This document shows positions 1 to 12,474 of a DNA stretch of 64,000 nucleotides, one piece after another. This stretch comes from Flavobacteriaceae bacterium (GTDB lineage Bacteria; Bacteroidota; Bacteroidia; Flavobacteriales; Flavobacteriaceae): assembly GCA_038143795.1 (NCBI GenBank), contig JAYQMQ010000002.1:487105-551104 (forward strand). The letters are read 5' to 3'. Numbering within the stretch: the first letter of the stretch is position 1; the number at the start of each line of letters is the position of its first letter. The notes below the pieces were generated by a model. The model saw nothing but the letters and a program-made list of their open reading frames with translations, did not search any database and was not told where the DNA came from. Both the position numbers and the translations under genes were made by a program.

Positions 1-65
1 TATCGTAGCGTTTTTTTAAGTTCTACCCTTCATCAAATCAAAACTATGAAATTCGTTCCCGTATT

Positions 66-1122
66 ATGGAAGTGAGAATCATTGGTACCGGGGCCCACAT
101 ACCCAATCGAGAACATAAGAACAACCAGTTTTTGAATAACCAATTTTTTGATGCTAATGGAGAATCGATTCCAAACAACAATGAAGAAATTATTGAAAAA
201 TTTTCTTCTATCACTGGAATAAAAGAACGTAAATACACCGATCCCTCCTTAAACACTTCTGATTTAGCAGCTCAAGCCGCTAAAATTGCCATTGATGATG
301 CTCGAATCGATCCAGAAAGCCTAGATTACATTATACTTGCCCAAAACGTAGGCGATATCACAGCCCACTCAGACCAATCGGATGCCCTACCAAGTGTTGC
401 TTCACGGGTAAAAGCTAAATTGGGTATCAACAATCCGAAATGTGTGGCTTATGATCTCATTTTTGATGTCCCGGCTGGGTGGAAGGAATGATACATGCCA
501 ACGCTTTTATTAAAGCTGGAATGGCGTGCCGATGTCTCGTTATTGGATCCGAAACATTATCACGCGTGACCGACCCCCACGATCGTGATTCCATGATCTA
601 TGCCGATGGGGCAGGTGCTACTATTGTAGAAAAAGTGATTCAATTCCTGGCATCCTCTCCCATACTACAGCTACTTTTACGTCGGAAGGAGAGGCTGAAT
701 TTATTTTTATGGGACCCTCCAACAAAAAAACAGATCATTCCACAAAATACATCAAAATGCAAGGAAGAAAGGTCTATGAGTTTGCTCTCACTCAAGTACC
801 CTTTGCCATGAAAGAATGTCTTAACAAAGCTGAAATCCCTATTAAAGAACTCAAAAAAATATTCATCCATCAGGCCAACCTCAAAAATGGATGAGGCAAT
901 TATTAAACGATTTTATCGTCTTTACAAAACTCCTCCTCCAAATGATATTCTACCCATGAATATTGAGACCTTCGGGAACAGTTCGGTAGCCACCATTCCC
1001 ACACTACTCCATCTCGTTCGAAAAACAAAAGAAAAAATCACAAAATTCAAAAAGGGGATATTATTCTATTTGCTAGTGTAGGTGCTGGGATGAACATCAA
1101 TGCCATCACATATCAAGTATAA
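66..1122 (+). CDS. fabH: 3-oxoacyl-ACP synthase III (FabH family), reading frame interrupted
   Basis: ORF pieces 66-491, 479-811, 709-894 and 887-1081 join into one KAS III. The motif CPGWVEGMIHANAFIKAG appears around 470-520 after a frame change. The C-terminus GDIILFASVGAGMNINAITYQV ends at TAA 1120-1122. About 4 frame changes are needed. Confidence 0.8.
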
Positions 1123-1164
1123 TTAACGCGCCTATACCGTTTAAATTCTTAATTTTGAGTAGCT

Positions 1165-1903
1165 ATGAAACTCTTTGTACACATAGGCCGCTACTTCATT
1201 ATGATTCAAAAAATCTTTGAGAAGTTTACGAAATGGCCCATACTCAAAAAACTCATTCTAACAGATATTGAAACATTAATTGTCGGCTCCCTGGGTATTG
1301 TTTCCTTCATTTCATTTTTTGTGGGTGGAGTTGTTGCTATTCAAACGGCGTTAAATATGGAAAATCCCTTATTGCCAAGAAACTTAATGGGCTTTGCTAC
1401 GCGCCAATCTGTTATTTTGGAGTTTGCCCCAACCTTTATATCTGTCATCATGGCAGGAAAAGTTGGCTCATACATCACTTCCAGTATTGGAACCATGCGG
1501 GTTACAGAACAAATTGATGCTCTTGAAATAATGGGTATTAATACCTACAATTATTTAATTTTTCCCAAAATCATCGCTCTTTTATTTTATCCCTTTGTGA
1601 TTACAATTGCAATGTTTCTTGGGATTTTTGGTGGATACATTGCCTGCGTTTACGGAGGCTTTTCCTCTAGTGAAGAATTTATTGAAGGAATTCAATTGGA
1701 TTTCATCCCTTTCCATGTCACCTATTCTTTTGTCAAAACATTTTTATTTGCACTTTTTTTAGCCACTATTCCTTCATATCACGGCTATTTTTTAAAAGGG
1801 GGTGCCTTTGGACGTTGGGAAGGCCAGTACGACTTCGTTTGTATGGACCAGTGTTGCAATTATTATAGTGAACTACATGGTAACACAAATTCTTTTGACC
1901 TAA
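1165..1903 (+). CDS. mlaE: ABC transporter permease, MlaE/Ttg2B family
   Basis: Multi-pass permease with RVTEQIDALEIMGINTYNYLIFPKIIA. The last ~35 codons need one frame change to give ...VAIIIVNYMVTQILLT, ending at TAA 1901-1903. Confidence 0.8.
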
Positions 1904-1904
1904 T

Positions 1905-2663
1905 ATGATTCAAGCCCAAAATTTGTTTAAGTCTTTTGCAAATACAACCGTGTTGAAAGACATCTCTGCTACTTTTGATAAGGGGAAAACAAATTTATCA
2001 TTGGGCAAAGTGGTTCGGGAAAAACTGTATTTTTGAAGTGCTTGTTGGGACTTAATGAGATTGATCAAGGAAGTATAGATTACAATGGCGTGTCTTTCGA
2101 AAAAATGACCCTAAGGAGCGAACCCAATTACGTCAAGACATTGGAATGGTGTTTCAAGGAAGCGCATTATTCGACTCCATGTCAGTAGAGGAAAATATTA
2201 TGTTCCCCTTAAAAATGCTTACTGAAAAGAGTAATGAAGAAATTAGAGAACGAACCAATGCGGTAATCAAACGTGTCAATCTAATCGATGCCAATGCCAA
2301 GCTCCCTTCTGAAATCTCAGGGGGTATGCAAAAAAGAGTAGCCATTGCACGGGCCATCGTGATGAATCCAAATACCTGTTTTGTGATGAACCCAATTCTG
2401 GATTAGATCCCAAAACAGCTATAATTATTGATAATCTCATTCAAGAAATTACCGAAGAATTTCAGATCACCACCGTAATTAATACGCATGATATGAATTC
2501 AGTGATGGAAATTGGCCAAAAAATTATTTTCCTTGAAAATGGAACAAAAGCATGGGAAGGCGATAAAGAAGAAATTTTTGTGACAGATAATAAAGCCGTA
2601 GGTAATTTTGTTTATTCTTCTGAATTATTTAAAAAGGTTAGAGCAACTTATCAAAAAAAATAA
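1905..2663 (+). CDS. mlaF: ABC transporter ATP-binding protein, MlaF-like, interrupted
   Basis: ATG lies 1 nt after the permease stop. A Walker A motif (GQSGSGKT-like) is visible after a frame change near 1990-2010. The signature SGGMQKRVAIARAI is in ORF 2146-2406. The tail ends at TAA 2661-2663. Confidence 0.8.
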
Positions 2664-2707
2664 CTCAAGGCATACTTTTAAAATAGGCGCTTGTAGATGC
2701 CCTTAAC

Positions 2708-3301
2708 TTAAATTTTCTCTCTTTTAACCACTGCATGAGGACTAACTAAATATTTTTTATGACTTGGGAGTGCAGTGCATTCAAAGCGTTTTCTTCGTTG
2801 CGGGCCACGAATAAATTTTCTTCCATTAGTCAAAGTAAAAACCTCACCTTCATTCAATTCAAAGCTAAGTTTTGGGTAGTTAGAATCATAGCGATGTAAC
2901 GCGCAAACCAAATTGAAATCCGTATCGGTTGCTGCTTTTGGATTTTTAAAGTGTGCAGCCAAAACAGCTAATAATTCTTTTGGGAAAATCTCTGGATGAA
3001 GTAGCGGCACCATTAACTCTTTATAGACTTGTTTCCATTCTGTCCCATGGGGTTTTATTCTGTTACCAAATTTTTCAAAAGTGATGAAATGGGCAATTTC
3101 ATGGAGGAGGGTAATTAAAAACCGATACGGATTATCTGTTTTATTTAATGTGATTTCGTGGTTACCATTCGAATGTTTACGGTAGTCTCCGTGCTTACTA
3201 AAACGCTCTTTAGTGATTTTAATACCTAAAGGCCATTCAGCCATCAAATTTTGAATGTATGGTTTTGATTTTTCAGGTAGGGCTGCGAGTACCTCAGTCA
3301 T
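2708..3301 (-). CDS. SprT-like zinc-metallopeptidase domain protein
   Basis: Intact 197-aa ORF with an HExxH motif (LLHEIAHFITF) in a SprT-like context. Confidence 0.6.
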   Translation of the reverse strand: MTEVLAALPEKSKPYIQNLMAEWPLGIKITKERFSKHGDYRKHSNGNHEITLNKTDNPYRFLITLLHEIAHFITFEKFGNRIKPHGTEWKQVYKELMVPLLHPEIFPKELLAVLAAHFKNPKAATDTDFNLVCALHRYDSNYPKLSFELNEGEVFTLTNGRKFIRGPQRRKRFECTALPSHKKYLVSPHAVVKREKI

Positions 3302-3307
3302 TATTCT

Positions 3308-3990
3308 CTAGGGTGTACTTTTAGCAACTGGAAGCACTTTCCCATTATATAATTCATGCCCCCTACAGGCGAAGTCCAATATGTATTCACCCATCTTAAT
3401 TGCTGAAATTGGAGCCTGATAGCCTGGGAAAGCTTTCTTCCAACATTTCCGTTTGTACAGCCCCTAAAGCAAGTGCATTAAAAGCTGGACCTGTTTCATT
3501 ATATTCTTCTGCCAAAAGCTCTGTAAGTGTAATGACAGCACCCTTACTACTGCTGTAGGCAGCCAATCCAGGAATTTGGAACTCCCTTGAATTCCTCCCA
3601 TACTGGTAATAGAGAGCACATGTCCTGTTGATGATATAAAAGGAAGGGTGGCACGCGTTAATTCAGCCAAGCCAAAAACATTGACGCGATATACGGATTC
3701 AAAAACTTCCCAGTCTGACTCTGAGAAAGGAGTTTGTCTTAAATAGCCCGCATTGTTGACTAGAAAGTCAACACAAATATTTTCTTTTTTCAGATACTCA
3801 ACATAGGGAGATAGTGACTTTGGTCGGGAGATGTCTACTGAAAAAACAGTTACGCCAAGCTCTTGTAGTGGAACTGTATTACGAAAACCAATTCCACGAT
3901 AACATGAAGGCCTTGTTTTTGACTGCTAACCGTGTCAATTCAAATCCAATTCCTCTACAAGCACCACTGACTCAAACTAATTGTTTTCAT
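3308..3990 (-). CDS. short-chain dehydrogenase/reductase (SDR), interrupted
   Basis: My minus-strand translation gives an N-terminal GASRGIG-type glycine motif after a frame change, then NNAG and YSSSK(GAV) catalytic motifs. At least 3 frame changes are needed. ORF 3464-3670 is its middle part. Confidence 0.7.
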
Positions 3991-4017
3991 CTTATAAGTG
4001 GATTGTTTGAACTCTAT

Positions 4018-5647
4018 TTAGGATACAAGCATGGTGATGGGGTTTTCAATAAACGTTCGAAGGGTCTGAAGAAATTGAGCTCCTGTAGCTCCGTCTACCG
4101 TCCGGTGATCAAGCTAAAGTTAATTTCATCGTATTACCAATAACAATATCACCTTCTTTAACTACCGGTTTTTGCACAATACTTCCAACAGAAAGAATTG
4201 CTCGAATTGGGTTGATTAATTATGGAGGTGAATTCTTGAATACCAAACATTCCTAAATTAGATATGGTGAAGGTACTTCCTTCCATTTCTGTTGGAGTCA
4301 ATTTTTTGTTTCGAGCTCTCGAAGCAAAATCTTTGACCTGTAGGCCAATCTGAGGCAAAGCCAACTCGTTAGCAAATTTTAATACGGGTACAAAAGTCCA
4401 TCTTCTACGGCAACAGCTACACCCCACATGAACGTGATGATTGTGCACAATTTTATCGTCATACCATTGAGAATTTACTTCCGGATGGATTTTCAATGCC
4501 ATTCCAGCGGCTTTGATCACAATATCATTAAAAGATATTTTAGTATTAGGCAGGCTATTATATTGGGATCGGAAAGCGATGGCAGCATCCATATTGTACT
4601 CAACAGCTAGATAATAGTGAGGTGCAGAAAATTTTGATGCGGATAAGCGTTTGGCAATCGTTTTCCGCATTTGACTATTGGCTAGTTCGGTGATTTGTTC
4701 CACTTCCTGCAGCTTGGTGAATTCCAACAGTACCACTGGGTTGGTAAGACTCAATATCTTTTTTGACAATTCGTCCGTGATCACCTGTCCCTTGAATATG
4801 GGATAAATTAATCCCTTTTTCAGCAGCGATTTTCTTAGCCAATGGAGACGCAATGATTCTATCGTTAGGAATTGGTATACCAGAAGCTGGGCTATAAACT
4901 TCTTTTTTGTCTTGAAGGGGAGGAGGGGCTACTGCTGTTTTTTCAGAAATGCTAGTCGCCTCTGGAGCTTTGTTCTCTGTGGCCGATGAAACAGATGCTT
5001 CAGTTGCAGAAGCCAAAACGGCTGCCACATCGGTGCCCTCTGGACCTATTACTGCAAGAACAGCATCAACAGGAGCTGATTCTCCTTCCTGAATTCCAAT
5101 ATGAAGTAATTGTCCCGAATAGAAGGATTCAAATTCCATCGTGGCCTTGTCGTTTCTCAATTTCAGCTAATATATCTCCTTCTTGAATAGTGTCTCCAGC
5201 TTTTTTTAGCCAAGTGGCAACAGTACCTTCTTCCATCGTATCACTCAAACGTGGCATTTTTACAATCTGAACTCCTTCTGGCACGGGATAGCAATTGTAG
5301 GAATTGTATCTATTTTTTCCTTTGGCTCTGGAATTGTTGACTGAGACGCCTCTTCATGACTTTCATTTGATGGCATTTCATTATTTAAAAGATCTGAAAT
5401 ATCCTCGCCTTTTCACCCACTGATAGCTAACAGGGTATCTACAGGGGCTGAAGCTCCTTCTTGAATTCCAATGTGAAGCAATTCACCTTCGTAGAAAGAT
5501 TCAAATTCCATTGTCGCTTTATCGGTCTCAATTTCAGCTAGAATATCTCCCTTCATTTATGCTATCGCCAACCTTTTTGAACCATTGGGCTACGGTACCC
5601 TCCTCCATTGTATCACTCAATCGAGGCATGTTAATCACTTCTGCCAT
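4018..5647 (-). CDS. dihydrolipoyllysine acetyltransferase (pyruvate dehydrogenase E2) with two lipoyl domains, interrupted
   Basis: Two lipoyl repeats are present ([20 protein letters not shown] near 5450-5520 and [17 protein letters not shown] in ORF 4675-5160). The catalytic domain lies in ORF 4158-4853, and the tail ...[31 protein letters not shown] appears after frame changes. Stop at 4018-4020. Confidence 0.85.
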
Positions 5648-5652
5648 CTATT

Positions 5653-6649
5653 CTATTTTATGCTTTATAAATGGATAATCATTTTGTTCATATACGGCAT
5701 CATACATAAGCTGTTTCTCTGGAAAAGGAGATTCTTCGGCAAACTTTTCACACTCTGCGACTCTTGCAGATTTATCTATCAATAATATCTAAATCGTCCT
5801 GAGAAGCGTAGTTTTTTGTCAGAATGGTTTCTTTCACATTAGTTATGGGGTCTATTTTGCGATATTCTTCCACATCTTCTTTGGTTCGATAATGTTGTGC
5901 GTCCGACATGGAATGGCCTCGGTATCGATAGGTTTTCATTTCAAAAAAGGAAGGCCCTTTACCGACTCGAGCGTGTTGAATTGCTTTGTCCATCGCTTTG
6001 GCTACAGCAACAGGATCCATTCCGTCAACAGGTTCGCAAGGCATTTCATAGCCCAACCCCAATTTCCATATCTCCTGATGACTGGCTGTTCGAGCGACAG
6101 AAGTTCCCATTGCATATCCATTGTTTTCAACAACAAAAACTACTGGAAGCTGCCATAGTGTTGCCAAATTCAAGGTTTCGTGAAGCGATCCTTGACGGAC
6201 AGCGCCATCTCCCATATAGCAGAGCGTTACATTGTTTCTTTTAAAATATTGATCTCCAAAAGCCATCCCAGCACCAAGGGGAATTTGCCCCCCGACAATA
6301 CCATGACCTCCATGAAAATGGTGCTCTTTAGAAAAAATATGCATGGATCCGCCAAACCATTGAAGTCCCTGTTGCCTTTTCCAAAAAGTTCGGCCATCAC
6401 TCTTTTGGGGTCAACTCCCAGGCCGATGGGTTGAACACATGATTTCGGTAGGCAGTGATCATTCTATCTTTACCAATTTCCATAGCGTGGAGAGAACCAG
6501 CCAACACGGCTTCTTGACCGTTGTATAGATGCAAAAATCCTCTTACTTTTTGCTGTATATAGACTGCCGCTAATTTGTCCTCAAACTTTCTCCAAAAAAG
6601 CATATCCTTGTACCATTGTATATAGGGTCTGCTTGGTGATTTTCTTCAT
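5653..6649 (-). CDS. pdhA: pyruvate dehydrogenase E1 component alpha subunit, interrupted
   Basis: ORFs 6397-6603 and 5772-6344 carry the TPP-binding region (GDGAVRQGSLHETLNLA, VVENNGYAMGT). Frame changes are needed at both ends. It sits immediately upstream of E2. Confidence 0.85.
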
Positions 6650-6744
6650 AAGTCCAATTGGATAGATTACAATTCAAATTTTATACAAAAATAGTTAATT
6701 AATTCCAGATGAAAGAGTTAAAAATCATTACTCCTCAGGAAGTT

Positions 6745-7888
6745 CTATGGCATTCCCAAATCAAAACTCAATGAAAAACGCAAGGTGTTTTCCAAAGGAC
6801 TTCGAACCGAAGACATGGAAAATAAATAGGAAATATCTACCTGCATTTGATTGATTAACAAACCGGCACCAAAGGTTATATATCTTCGTGCTCCTTTTTC
6901 CTTGCTTTCATTAAAATATCCTGTCCGTAAAGCCAATACATTTTGAAATTTATACTCAAGCCAGCAGCCCAAGTAATTTCCTTTAATTCTTCTAAAAAGC
7001 CATCCTCAGCATCATTAAAGGATTCAAAAATACCTCTAAGAAAATTTACATCAGGTTGCGCATAGACACTTGTACCTTGATCATTTATAGTTGCTACAGG
7101 AGAAGGAACAAGAAGCTTGTTAAATTCCAAATTGAGACTCATCGAGGAGTCACTATCAAAAACCCAATCTGCGCTGGTTCCGACTTTTAAATTGGTAGGT
7201 AAAAAGTTTTCTGTCCACCAATATCATAAACCAACCGAGGTCCAATATTAGAGAGATTAAATCCACTGCGAAAACGCATGTAATTTTTACCTACTTTTCG
7301 AGTTTTGGATTGGTAAAAAGCAGCTATATCCACACCCAACGTATTGGCTGATGCTGCATCACCATCGGAAGATAATTTCAGATCCGATCGGATATAACGC
7401 CCAGCTACCGACATGGCAAATTTTTCACTGAGTTTTAAAGAATAGGATAAATCAAGCGTTAACTCATTCGGGCGCTCCACACCCTGGCTGACAATTGTTC
7501 CTGAAATGACTTCATTGAATTGGATGTCTCCCTAAACTAAAATATTTTAATGACGTTCCCCAAGCCCCCGCTCTCCTATTTTTTTGAAATACGTCAAATT
7601 ACCCAAGAAAATATCATTGACCAACTTGCTCAAATATGGAGTGTAACTGATTCCAATCCCTTTTTCCACTTCCGAAAAAGGATATTTCGCTGGATTCCAT
7701 TGTTGGGAATAGGCATCCGGTGTTGTTGAAACACCAATATCTCCCATCCCTGCGGCCCGCGCATCCGAAGTAATTAGTACAAAAGGGACTCCAGTCACGA
7801 TCACTCTTTCGTTGATTTGCCCCCAAATGATAACCGGGCATATCAACATCACTAACAAAGTACAAGCAATTGATTTGGATAAGTTCAT
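6745..7888 (-). CDS. porV: type IX secretion outer-membrane protein PorV, interrupted
   Basis: After a signal peptide, the N-terminus VTGVPFVLITSDARAAGMGDIGVSTTPDAYSQQWNPAKYPF is the PorV hallmark as I recall it. The beta-barrel remainder is spread over ORFs 7187-7480, 6876-7142 and 6745-6972. Confidence 0.8.
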
Positions 7889-8065
7889 ACACCTGTAAAA
7901 CGTTCAAACAAGGGTTTTCGTGTGTAAATAGCCTGTTTAAAACTACTTTTATAGAAATCTAAATAACCTACATACTAAGAATTAATATCTAACGTTATAT
8001 AGAGTGAATTACTTTACATATACTATTTGTAAATGATATTCTATATTTGTAGTAGTATTATGCTC

Positions 8066-9765
8066 ATGAAAAGATCATATCTTAAAACCTTTACTAGCCT
8101 TTCTATATTTGCCTTGCTTTTGGCAAGTTGTGGAAAAAACAACATGTCACGAGGAACTGGTTGGGCCATCAACTCTAAAAGTGGTGGTTTTCAATACAAT
8201 ACTGATTTTGAAGAACAAGAAACAGGTCCAGGCCTAGTGTTCATTGAAGGAGGTACCTTCACCAAGGGACAGGTTCAAGACGACGTTATGCACGACTGGA
8301 ACAATGCTCCTACTCAACAACATGTGATGTCTTTTACATCGACGAAACAGAGGTTACCAATTTGATGTACAATGAATACTTAAATTGGTTAGAAACTGTA
8401 TTTCCAACTCAAAATCCTGATTATCAACTTATTTACAACGGTGCGCTTCCCGATACTTTAGTCTGGAGAAATACCCTTGGTTATGTCGAAGAACTAACAA
8501 CCAACTATCTCAGACATCCGGCTTATTCAGAATACCCTGTCGTAGGGGACAACTGGGTGCAAGCGGTTCAATATGCAGAGTGGCGATCTGATAGAGTGAA
8601 TGAATTCATTTTAGAACGTGAAGGGTTTGTAAAAAAAGACGTCCGCTACACCGATGTAGATGCTAATAGTACCTTCAATACAAAAACCTATTTGAAACGC
8701 CCAGAAGTTTCCTATGGAGGAAAAACAGATAGCTTAAGTGAAAATAATACCCCTCTTATCAATTCAGGGAAAAGAGGAACCGTTCAAAAAGATACGGCGA
8801 CCATTAATAATTATGCGAAGATTGAGAACGGACTCTTTCTTCTATCCTACCGACTGCCCACAGAAACGGAATGGGAGTATGCTGCTCTTGCCTTGGCCGG
8901 TGATCGAGAATATAATACCTACAGAGGGAAGAAAAAATACCCATGGTCGGGAGAATATACCCGCTCAGGAGAACGAAGAACGGAGGGAGATCAATTGGCT
9001 AACTTTAAATTTGGTAAAGGAGATTATGGCGGAATCGCTGGTTGGTCTGATGATGGAGGAGATATCACCATACAAGTGAAATCCTACCCACCCAATGATT
9101 TTGGAGTATACGATATGGCTGGAAATGTAGCCGAATGGGTCTCCGATGTATATCGTCCTATCATTGATGAAGAGTATAATGATTTCAATTATTATCGAGG
9201 AAATATATACACCAAAACCGTTATTGGTGAGGACGGGAAAGCCGAAATAGTCCCCGAAGATGAATTAATCTTCGACACCCTTCCGAATGGAAAAGTATAC
9301 TTAAAGAAAATACCAGGAAACATAGTGGAAGAAGCCATAGACGAAGAAGAAACCTTTCTGCGACAGAATTTTTCAGAGAGTGACAATCGCAACTTCCGTG
9401 ATGGGGATAGAGAATCCACAAAGAAATTTCGTGATCTCCCAGATGAAAATAGTGAGGAATCCAATAAACCGGAATCCAATATGATGTACAATGCCCCTAT
9501 ACATGCTAAAGTATCCTTTGACGCTGAAGGTAATCGTATCGTAACAGAAGATAAATCTAGCAAAAGAACCTCATTAATTACTGACGAAGTAAGGGTCTAC
9601 AAAAGGGGATCTTGGAAAGATCGTGCTTACTGGCTCGACCCAGCCCAAAGACGTTATCTTCCCCAATACATCGCCACCGACTACATCGGATTCCGTTGTG
9701 CCATGTCTCGCGTCGGTTCGAAAAATAAAATCAAGAAAACAGCGCGCCACAAGCGTTCTAAATAA
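8066..9765 (+). CDS. gldJ: gliding motility lipoprotein GldJ, one frame break
   Basis: Lipobox LLLASC, then TGWAINSKSGGFQY, GPGLVFIEGGTFTKG and SFYIDETEVTN (the last only after lengthening T4 at 8332-8335 to T5). A sulfatase-modifying-factor-like body follows in ORF 8362-9765. Confidence 0.88.
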
Positions 9766-9772
9766 TTCCAAC

Positions 9773-9802
9773 AAAAAGGCATCTTCTAAAGATGCCTTTT
9801 TG
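9773..9802 (+). terminator. rho-independent terminator after gldJ
   Basis: GGCATCTT / AAGATGCC stem (9778-9796) with a short loop, followed by a T5 run. Confidence 0.65.
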
Positions 9803-9809
9803 CTTACCT

Positions 9810-11125
9810 ATGGAAATTGCTGAATTATATCAACGTTTCTTAGCATCCCAAGGCGTTTTCACAGACACAAGAAAACCCTTGCAATGGGGTTATTTTTTGC
9901 TTTACAAGGGCCCAATTTTAACGCTGATTCTTTTGCAGAAACCGCGCTAGAATTAGGAGCTTTCGCCGCTGTAGTATCTAAGAAAAAGACATTCCCTTCA
10001 AGGATGAAAGAGTTCATAGCAGTGGATGACCCCTTAATCACATTGCAACAACTCGCCAACTATCATCGGAGACAACTCAGCACACAAATCATTGCACTTA
10101 CAGGCAGTAATGGAAAGACAACCACAAAAGAACTGATGGCAGCCGTGTTGAGTAGCCATTTTAAAACCACAGCAACGATAGGTAACCTCAACAATCATAT
10201 TGGTGTTCCTTTAACGTTGTTGGCTATTCCTCTGGATGCAGAAATCGCTATTATTGAAATGGGTGCCAATCATCTTGGAGAGATTGCTAATTTGTCTGCT
10301 ATTATCGAACCTGATTTGGGTTATATTACCAATTTTGGTAAGGCCCATTTAGAAGGCTTCGGAGGAACTGAAGGAGTTATAAAAGGAAAGTCTGAGCTTT
10401 ACAGCTATCTGAAAAAAAAATCAAAAAAAAGCATTAATTAATGCAGACGATTCCAAACAAATGGAATTGAGTGAGCATATATCACGAAGCAGTTTTGGTA
10501 AAGAGTCGGGTTGTACTTTTTAATGTACAGTATGAAACTCATCCTGATAAATTAATTGTCAAAACAGCAGAAGGAAGCCTAAGTAGTCCCCTACACGGAA
10601 GCTACAACCTACCCAATATTGCAGCGGCTTATACCCTAGGGAAATATTTTCAAGTTCCCTTTAAAAAAATTAAATCGGCTATTGAGGCTTATCAAGCTGT
10701 CAACAACCGATCACAATTTATTGAAAATGAGGGGACGGTCATCATTTTGGATGCTTACAATGCCAATCCTACAAGCATGAAAGCAGCTTTGGATAGCTTT
10801 TACGAACAATTTATAGAAGACCGGGTGGTCATCTTAGGGGATATGCTAGAACTTGGTGAATACAAAGAAAAAGAACATAAAGAACTAGCTAATTATATTA
10901 AACAAAAAGACCATGAAAAAGTAGTTATAATTGGTGAACTATTCTCTTCCCTGCATATTTCTATCCCAAACTTGGAAAAACATACCACAACGTCTGCTTT
11001 TTTTGTCTCGGATCAATCCAGCTGAATTCAAGGGGAAAAATATACTAATTAAAGGATCGCGCGGATTGGCCATGGAACGAATTGTTGAAAAGATAACTAA
11101 ATTAAAAGATAACCTTACACATTGA
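9810..11125 (+). CDS. murF: UDP-N-acetylmuramoyl-tripeptide--D-alanyl-D-alanine ligase, interrupted
   Basis: TGSNGKTTTKE P-loop in ORF 9884-10441. Mur ligase middle and C-terminal regions lie in ORFs 10471-11025 and 10931-11125 (DAYNANPTSM, KGSRGLAMERIV). About 3 frame changes are needed. Confidence 0.85.
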
Positions 11126-11182
11126 TACGTTTCGCTCCTTCAGCTGATTTGATTTTCTTAATTTTCATGATATGATACTATT

Positions 11183-12263
11183 CTAAGTAAAAGAATTTAC
11201 AACGGAGGGAAATTTATCTTTATTTTCTAGATAAATCAGTTGTCCATCAATCCATAATGTCGCAACTTGAGAATGAGATGACGAGCTAGCCCATCCACCT
11301 ACAATTATCTGATTATCATAAGCAACTATATCTCTCCCTTCACCAACCCAATAATTGTCAAAAACTGGTCCCCCAGGTAAATCAAATATTTGACCATTTA
11401 TCCAGTAATGAGCAGTTATTCCTGGTTCTGCTTCATTAGGGTTTCCATCTGAATCGACAGTTCCAATATGCTGAATATGACCAGTTACATAGATGTCATC
11501 TCCTAGTACAAATCCACCATTTCCTTCACCTCCATATATGTTATTTTGCCATGTACCGCCATTTTCACAATCAGTCCTATTATTGCCAATCCAGTAAGAG
11601 GCTTTGGGTAAAAGACCAACCATATTATTTTGCCTCATGGTCATACCAAAAAAAACTGGTGTATTATTTTTTAATTTAACATCGTAAATTTCAGCATCAC
11701 CTCCCTGTGGTTTTGTTAAATTTCTCCTTGATGTTCCGTTCCACCTAGCTGGAATTAAATAGTGATGATTATTCATATAATAACCACCGGTAATAACATT
11801 CCCGTTATCATTTACTACAATACCAAAGGCTTCAGAGTCAGCATTAGTTGTGAGGTTTATTTTTATCCCATTTTTCCAATAGCATGATCCGTTGGAGAAT
11901 CTGCCAGCAACATAGACATTGCCATCGTGAATAAAAATTGAATTAGAGCTCGTGTCATTTCCATCTAATACGGTTTTAATCCCATCAACCCAATAAACTG
12001 CTTCCCAATTCTCATCTAAGCCTGTTGCATAAACTATATCATTCTCAACATGTATATCAGTAATTTCACCCTCACCAAGGACAATACGTTTGCCGTTGAT
12101 CCAATAGGTGGCATATTGTACCATTAGGATAACCGTCAATATAGTATCCAGCTGCATAGATATTTGTTCCGTTTACACTGATGCTTTCAGCCAGATAATT
12201 TTCATCTTCACTAGAACAAGAGAAAATCAAAAGGGCATATTGTATAAATAAAATTTTCCTCAT
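11183..12263 (-). CDS. lipoprotein with seven ~40-50 aa YW-x-NG repeats (propeller-like), one frame break
   Basis: Signal and lipobox (LLIFSCSS) in ORF 12072-12263. Repeats YWINGK, YWVDGIK, YWKNGIK, ARWNGT, SYWIGNN, HYWINGQ and TLWIDGQ are each followed by a D-x-Y-V-x-G-like motif. Confidence 0.6.
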
Positions 12264-12474
12264 TATTTTCGTAGAGTTTTTTTTAAAGAAAGATTAAATC
12301 CATTCAAAATCATTTAAATGCGTATGCCTCGTATAGACATTAATTAATTTTTTTCCAAAAAAACTGATTTATGATTTTCAGCGATTGTTAAGGTGTGTAA
12401 TACATATCGTTACAAACTGTTACAATAGCCAAAGGGATTTTTAGCTTTATGGTATGATTGAATCTGTTTTAGGA

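Noticed and set aside
12409-12425. Direct repeat GTTACAA-ACT-GTTACAA with 10-bp phasing upstream of the repeat lipoprotein gene.
   Set aside because: Two 7-mers in AT-rich spacer are easily produced by chance. There is no palindromy and I noticed no further copies.
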